64,000 nt of DNA from Candidatus Latescibacterota bacterium (GTDB lineage: Bacteria; Latescibacterota; UBA2968; GCA-2709665): contig CBDDDZ010000002.1 in assembly GCA_965226795.1 (NCBI GenBank), positions 416,001-480,000 on the forward strand, read 5' to 3'. The translations under genes and the position numbers were made by a program. Under the pieces are notes generated by a model. The model was given only the letters and a program-made list of their open reading frames with translations, did no database searches and was not told the DNA's origin. Positions within the stretch are counted from its first letter, which is position 1. Every line of letters begins with the position of its first letter. Below, piece by piece: positions 60,194-64,000 of this stretch.

Positions 60194-60346
60194 CCAAGAG
60201 GCGAAAACCTCGCGACGAACATAGCAGGAACGGACGAAATCCTCGAGAGAAAGGAATTAACGGAAACAGTATACCGGGTGATTGAGAGTCTGCCTGAAAA
60301 GCGTCGACAATTTTCCAGGGATGAATTGCGGAGGGGGATAAATGCG

Positions 60347-61213
60347 ATGGCGAAGCGAAAGTTGCACAATCGCACTGATTCAGGAAGCGGTGAGTCTTCT
60401 CTACGAAAGAGCAACGAGACGACGCTGGAAGATGACGTCACCCGTGGGCTTGGCGAAATCAGGCTCATGCATCCATCCGGCACAGCTCCGATCACGCCAG
60501 CCAGCATGATTTCCGTTGAAGCGATATGCGGCTATAGACATCTGTTCGAGGGGATTGGCATCGACTGGGGAAGCGGCGGGGGCTGCCTGTCCATCGCCGC
60601 TGCACGGATGCCAGGGGTAAACCGGGTTGTCGGGCTCGAGATCAGCGCACCAAATGTATCCGTCGCCCAGAGGAACGCCAGGTTGAACGGCGTTGAAGAC
60701 AAGGTCACGTTCATGCGGTCGGATTCGTACGCGCCGTTTGCGGATGGTGACAGACGTTCCCTCGAAGCCTTGACGGGGCGAGCGGATTTCCTCATCGCAA
60801 ATCCGGACGCGAGCGAAGACGATGACGGATTCGGATACAAACGGACGGTCCTTCGCGGCGCCAGGGAGTATCTGCGTGATGGCGGCCGGGTCTTCCTGAG
60901 CATTTCATATCAGTACGGCCGACCGAGGATCGCAGCTCTGGAGCGTGACGTCCCGGGATTTTTCCACGAAGGTGTCCTGGCGAAAAGCGAGTGCGTTCCC
61001 TTCGACCTTGGGCGGCCCGATCTTCTGAACTGTTTGAAGGTCTATGCACGAGAAGAATCCAGGGGAGGCATGGAATACGCGTTCTGCAATCCCTCACGAC
61101 CCTCCCTGGCCATGAACGCGCGGGCTTCGTTGGCGTTCTACGAACGGACGGGCCGGAGTCCGCTGTCGCAGTGGCAGACGCATCTCTTCAGGTACTTTCC
61201 GGATCGCCTTTAA
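60347..61213 (+). CDS. class I SAM-dependent methyltransferase (PrmC/MTS-like)
   Basis: IDWGSGGGCLSI, GLEIS, A.RNA.LNGV and LIANP. Confidence 0.75.
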   Translation: MAKRKLHNRTDSGSGESSLRKSNETTLEDDVTRGLGEIRLMHPSGTAPITPASMISVEAICGYRHLFEGIGIDWGSGGGCLSIAAARMPGVNRVVGLEISAPNVSVAQRNARLNGVEDKVTFMRSDSYAPFADGDRRSLEALTGRADFLIANPDASEDDDGFGYKRTVLRGAREYLRDGGRVFLSISYQYGRPRIAALERDVPGFFHEGVLAKSECVPFDLGRPDLLNCLKVYAREESRGGMEYAFCNPSRPSLAMNARASLAFYERTGRSPLSQWQTHLFRYFPDRL

Positions 61214-61236
61214 TCGTCACCTGGCAGGAAATCCCG

Positions 61237-61386
61237 ATGGATCCAATCGTCACATCTATGACGACGGACGACTGGGAGACCGTGCGCCGGATTTACGAGG
61301 AAGGGATCGCGACGGGAGAAGCGTCCTTTGAGACCGACACTCCTGTCTGCCCTTCGCATTGGTGCTCACGTCCCATACCTGTGTGA
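61237..61386 (+). pseudogene. 5' fragment of a phosphinothricin/YncA-type GNAT
   Basis: M...DW..V..IY.EGIATG.ASFET..P is typical of the first ~35 aa of Pat/YncA; homology then stops. Confidence 0.65.
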
Positions 61387-61424
61387 ACCGTGGGCACCGC
61401 ACAATCTGACCGTGAAGTGCGACG

Positions 61425-63515
61425 TCAACCGGATGAGGTTTCTTTACCGAAGGCGCTTGCAAAGATCAGAAAGTCGCCAAAGCCAATCGTGCCGTTCCCG
61501 TCCAGATCATATCGTGCGTCGTAGTCTTCATCAGAATGACTCAGACCGAAATGTGCTGCGAAATCTATAAAGTCCGTGAAGGCAACGGTACCGTCGCCAT
61601 CGAAGTCGGGGATAGGGATATCAGCGGTGACATATGGTGACATATCCCAAAGCAGAATCGTACCGTCTCCACTCCCACTGGCCAGGGTGAGTCCATCCGG
61701 GGAGAACGACACGGCCGTGGCAACCTCGGTATGCCCCCTCAGGACGCCTTTCTCCCTATGGCTGACCACATCCCACAAACGTACTATCCCGTCCTCGCTC
61801 GCACTGGCCAGTGTGGACCCATCTGGCGAGAACGACACCGCGAGGACCCTACTCGCATGCCCTGTCAGGGTGGCCTTTTCCCGACGGCTGACCACATCCC
61901 ACAAACGTACCGTCTCGTCCCCACTCCCACTTGCTAAGGTGGACCCATCCGGTGAGAACGACACCGAATAGACCCAGGACGTATGGCCTGTCAGGGTGGC
62001 TTTCTCCTGACCGCTGACCACATCCCACAAACGTACCGTCTTGTCGGCACTCCCACTGACTATGGTGGACCCGCCCGGTGAGAATATCACGGACGCTACT
62101 GACCCTGTATGCCCCGTCAGCGTGGTCTTCTCCTGACTACTGACTACGTCCCACAAACGTACCGTATTGTCAACACCTCCGCTGGCCAGGGTGGATCCAT
62201 CCGGTGAGAACAACACCGAAAAGACCCAGGACGTATGGCCTGTCAGGGTGGTTTTCTCCTGACTGCTGACCACATCCCAAACCCGAATCTCCTGCCTGCT
62301 CACACCGGCCAGGGTAGACCCATCCGGCGAGAACGATACCGAAAAAACACTCCAACTCGTATGCCCAGTCAGAGTATTCTCCTCATGTCTTCCGGCCACG
62401 TCCCACAAACGTACCGTATTGTCAACACCTCCGCTGGCCAGGGTGGCCCCATCCGGCGAGAACGACATCGAAAAGACCCAGGACGTATGTCCTGTCAATG
62501 TGGCTTTTTCCTGACGGCTGACCACGTCCCACAACCGAATCGTACCGTCCCTGCTTCCACTGGCCAAGGCAGATCCGTCAGGCGAAAACGATACCGAATG
62601 GACCCTGCGCGTATGCCCAGTCAGGGTAGCTTTCTCCTGACCGCTGGCAACATCCCATAACCGAATCGTATTGTCATTACTCCCACTGGCCAGGATGGCC
62701 CCACCCGGGGAGAACGACACCGAATAGACCCAATACGGATACAAGGGCAGGGTGGCTTTTTCCTGACGGCTGACCACGTCCCACAGTCGAATCGTACCGT
62801 CCCTGCTTCCACTGGCCAAGGCAGATCCATCCGGGGAGAATGACACCGAAAGGATCTGCTCTTCATGCCCTTTCAGAGTTGCCTTCTCTTGGCCGCTGGC
62901 AACATCCCACAACCGAATCGTATTGTCTTCATTAAGTAGATTCCCACTTCCGCTGGCCACGGTGGCCCCGTCCGGCGAGAACGAAACCGAGTTGACCCAT
63001 GACGTATGCCCTGCCAGTGTGGCTTTCGTCTGACCGCTGGCAACATCCCACAACCGAATCGTATTGTCCCAGCTCCCGCTGGCCAGGGCGGAGCCATCCG
63101 GGGAGAACGATACCGCAGTGACTCTTTCCGTATGCCCTGTCAATGTGGCTTTCGTCTGACCGCTGGCAACATCCCACAACCGAATCGTATTGTCCCAGCT
63201 CCCGCTGGCCAGGGTGGATCCATCCGGGGAGAACGATACCGCAAGGACATACCGCGTGTGCCCCGCGAACAAGGCCACTTCGGCGCCGGTGTGGGCATTG
63301 TACAGCCAGATACCGATGCTGCTTGCCACCGCCAGGCGCGCGCCGTCCGGCGAATAGGCTACCGCTCTGTCATTAAAACTGATATCACCTTTGCCCAGGC
63401 GTACAAGGGCGCCTTCCGGCAGACTGAAGGGGTTTTCCTTCCCGGCGAGGCTGGCCCGCGCGAACAGGACGCCAACCAACAACAGGGCGATGCTGAATGA
63501 ATGGCGCATTCTCAT
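61425..63515 (-). CDS. secreted WD40-repeat protein with C-terminal paired EF-hand/dockerin-like module
   Basis: Signal peptide, LPEGA..RLGKG cap, 13 GH...FSPDG..LASGS.D..IRLWD repeats, then DFDGDGTVAFTDF...YDLDGNGTIGFGDF. Confidence 0.9.
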   Translation of the reverse strand: MRMRHSFSIALLLVGVLFARASLAGKENPFSLPEGALVRLGKGDISFNDRAVAYSPDGARLAVASSIGIWLYNAHTGAEVALFAGHTRYVLAVSFSPDGSTLASGSWDNTIRLWDVASGQTKATLTGHTERVTAVSFSPDGSALASGSWDNTIRLWDVASGQTKATLAGHTSWVNSVSFSPDGATVASGSGNLLNEDNTIRLWDVASGQEKATLKGHEEQILSVSFSPDGSALASGSRDGTIRLWDVVSRQEKATLPLYPYWVYSVSFSPGGAILASGSNDNTIRLWDVASGQEKATLTGHTRRVHSVSFSPDGSALASGSRDGTIRLWDVVSRQEKATLTGHTSWVFSMSFSPDGATLASGGVDNTVRLWDVAGRHEENTLTGHTSWSVFSVSFSPDGSTLAGVSRQEIRVWDVVSSQEKTTLTGHTSWVFSVLFSPDGSTLASGGVDNTVRLWDVVSSQEKTTLTGHTGSVASVIFSPGGSTIVSGSADKTVRLWDVVSGQEKATLTGHTSWVYSVSFSPDGSTLASGSGDETVRLWDVVSRREKATLTGHASRVLAVSFSPDGSTLASASEDGIVRLWDVVSHREKGVLRGHTEVATAVSFSPDGLTLASGSGDGTILLWDMSPYVTADIPIPDFDGDGTVAFTDFIDFAAHFGLSHSDEDYDARYDLDGNGTIGFGDFLIFASAFGKETSSG
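61642..63269 (-). repeat. intragenic tandem ~126-bp WD40 repeats with high nucleotide identity
   Basis: For example, GTGGCTTTCGTCTGACCGCTGGCAACATCCCACAACCGAATCGTATTGTCCCAGCTCCCGCTGGCCAGGG occurs twice, 126 bp apart (about 63018 and 63144). Confidence 0.9.
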
Positions 63516-63595
63516 CCGAGATGCTCTTTCGGTGAAGGCGGCTGGGGCCGCCTATCGTGAAGTCCGCCCTTTCTTCGAAATCCTTCGCCCACTGG

Positions 63596-64000
63596 TCATC
63601 CTGACTCGGCATCCGATTTGTGTACGGCGACGAATTTGTCGATCTGGCGGAAGATCCGGTGCATGGTGGCAACGTCTCGGCGATCCATGGAGAGGCGCCC
63701 GAAGAGGCGGCGGATGGACCGCGGGAAGGCCTTCGGCATGTAGTCGGCGGGGAAGCCCAGCTTGTTCAGCGCGGACGCGATGTGCGTGTAGAGGGATTCC
63801 ATTTCTTCAAAGGACGCCAGGTCCAGTTCCGGAATCTCTCGGGGCCTTGCAGCCGCGCGGAAGAGTTCATAGCCGAAGATGAGAACGGCCTGGGAAAGGT
63901 TCAGGGAGGGATACCGGTGGGCGGTCGGGATATTGGCGATCACGCTGCAGAGTCGCATTTCATCGTTGGTGAGGCCATTTTCTTCGCGGCCGAAAACGAG
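63596..64000 (-). CDS. trmJ: TrmJ/LasT family SPOUT RNA methyltransferase, 5'-truncated by window edge
   Basis: LVFGREENGLTNDE...IPT...YPSLNLSQAV...YEL SPOUT motifs. Confidence 0.85.
   Translation of the reverse strand, partial: LVFGREENGLTNDEMRLCSVIANIPTAHRYPSLNLSQAVLIFGYELFRAAARPREIPELDLASFEEMESLYTHIASALNKLGFPADYMPKAFPRSIRRLFGRLSMDRRDVATMHRIFRQIDKFVAVHKSDAESG

Noticed and set aside
54746..61400. Integron attC sites between small genes
   Set aside because: GTTAG-like words occur (about 55537, 57884, 60189), but I found no matching RYYYAAC inverse cores or paired L boxes, and no intI.
61642..63269. CRISPR array
   Set aside because: The repeats are in-frame 126-bp coding units without unique spacers, and there are no cas genes.

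Overview
GC-rich bacterial chromosomal window with no rRNA, tRNA, CRISPR array or transposase visible. The paired EF-hand/dockerin-like modules, many Gfo/Idh/MocA paralogues and a high-identity WD40 protein suggest a Latescibacterota/Gemmatimonadota-like environmental or sponge-associated lineage (inference only). 1-19.6 kb is housekeeping: mltD-like, mreD-mrdA-rodA, dnaE, aroA, an M48/LdcA/MurC-like trio, a fused glyQS and rsmD. 21-49 kb holds an Fe3+-type ABC transporter, secreted repeat proteins and sugar/amino-compound catabolic genes, including a DASS transporter with an internal deletion. 54-61 kb is a decaying accessory island of toxin-antitoxin modules, GNATs, methyltransferases and several pseudogenes. 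The best finding is a small gene the ORF track missed (19701-19979): a DUF5069-like protein with an in-frame UGA where homologues have Cys (YIYP-U-PAD), followed directly by a hairpin that fits the bacterial SECIS model, inside an intact promoter-RBS-terminator unit. It is a candidate new selenoprotein. All family assignments come from motif recognition by eye; no database searches were run.
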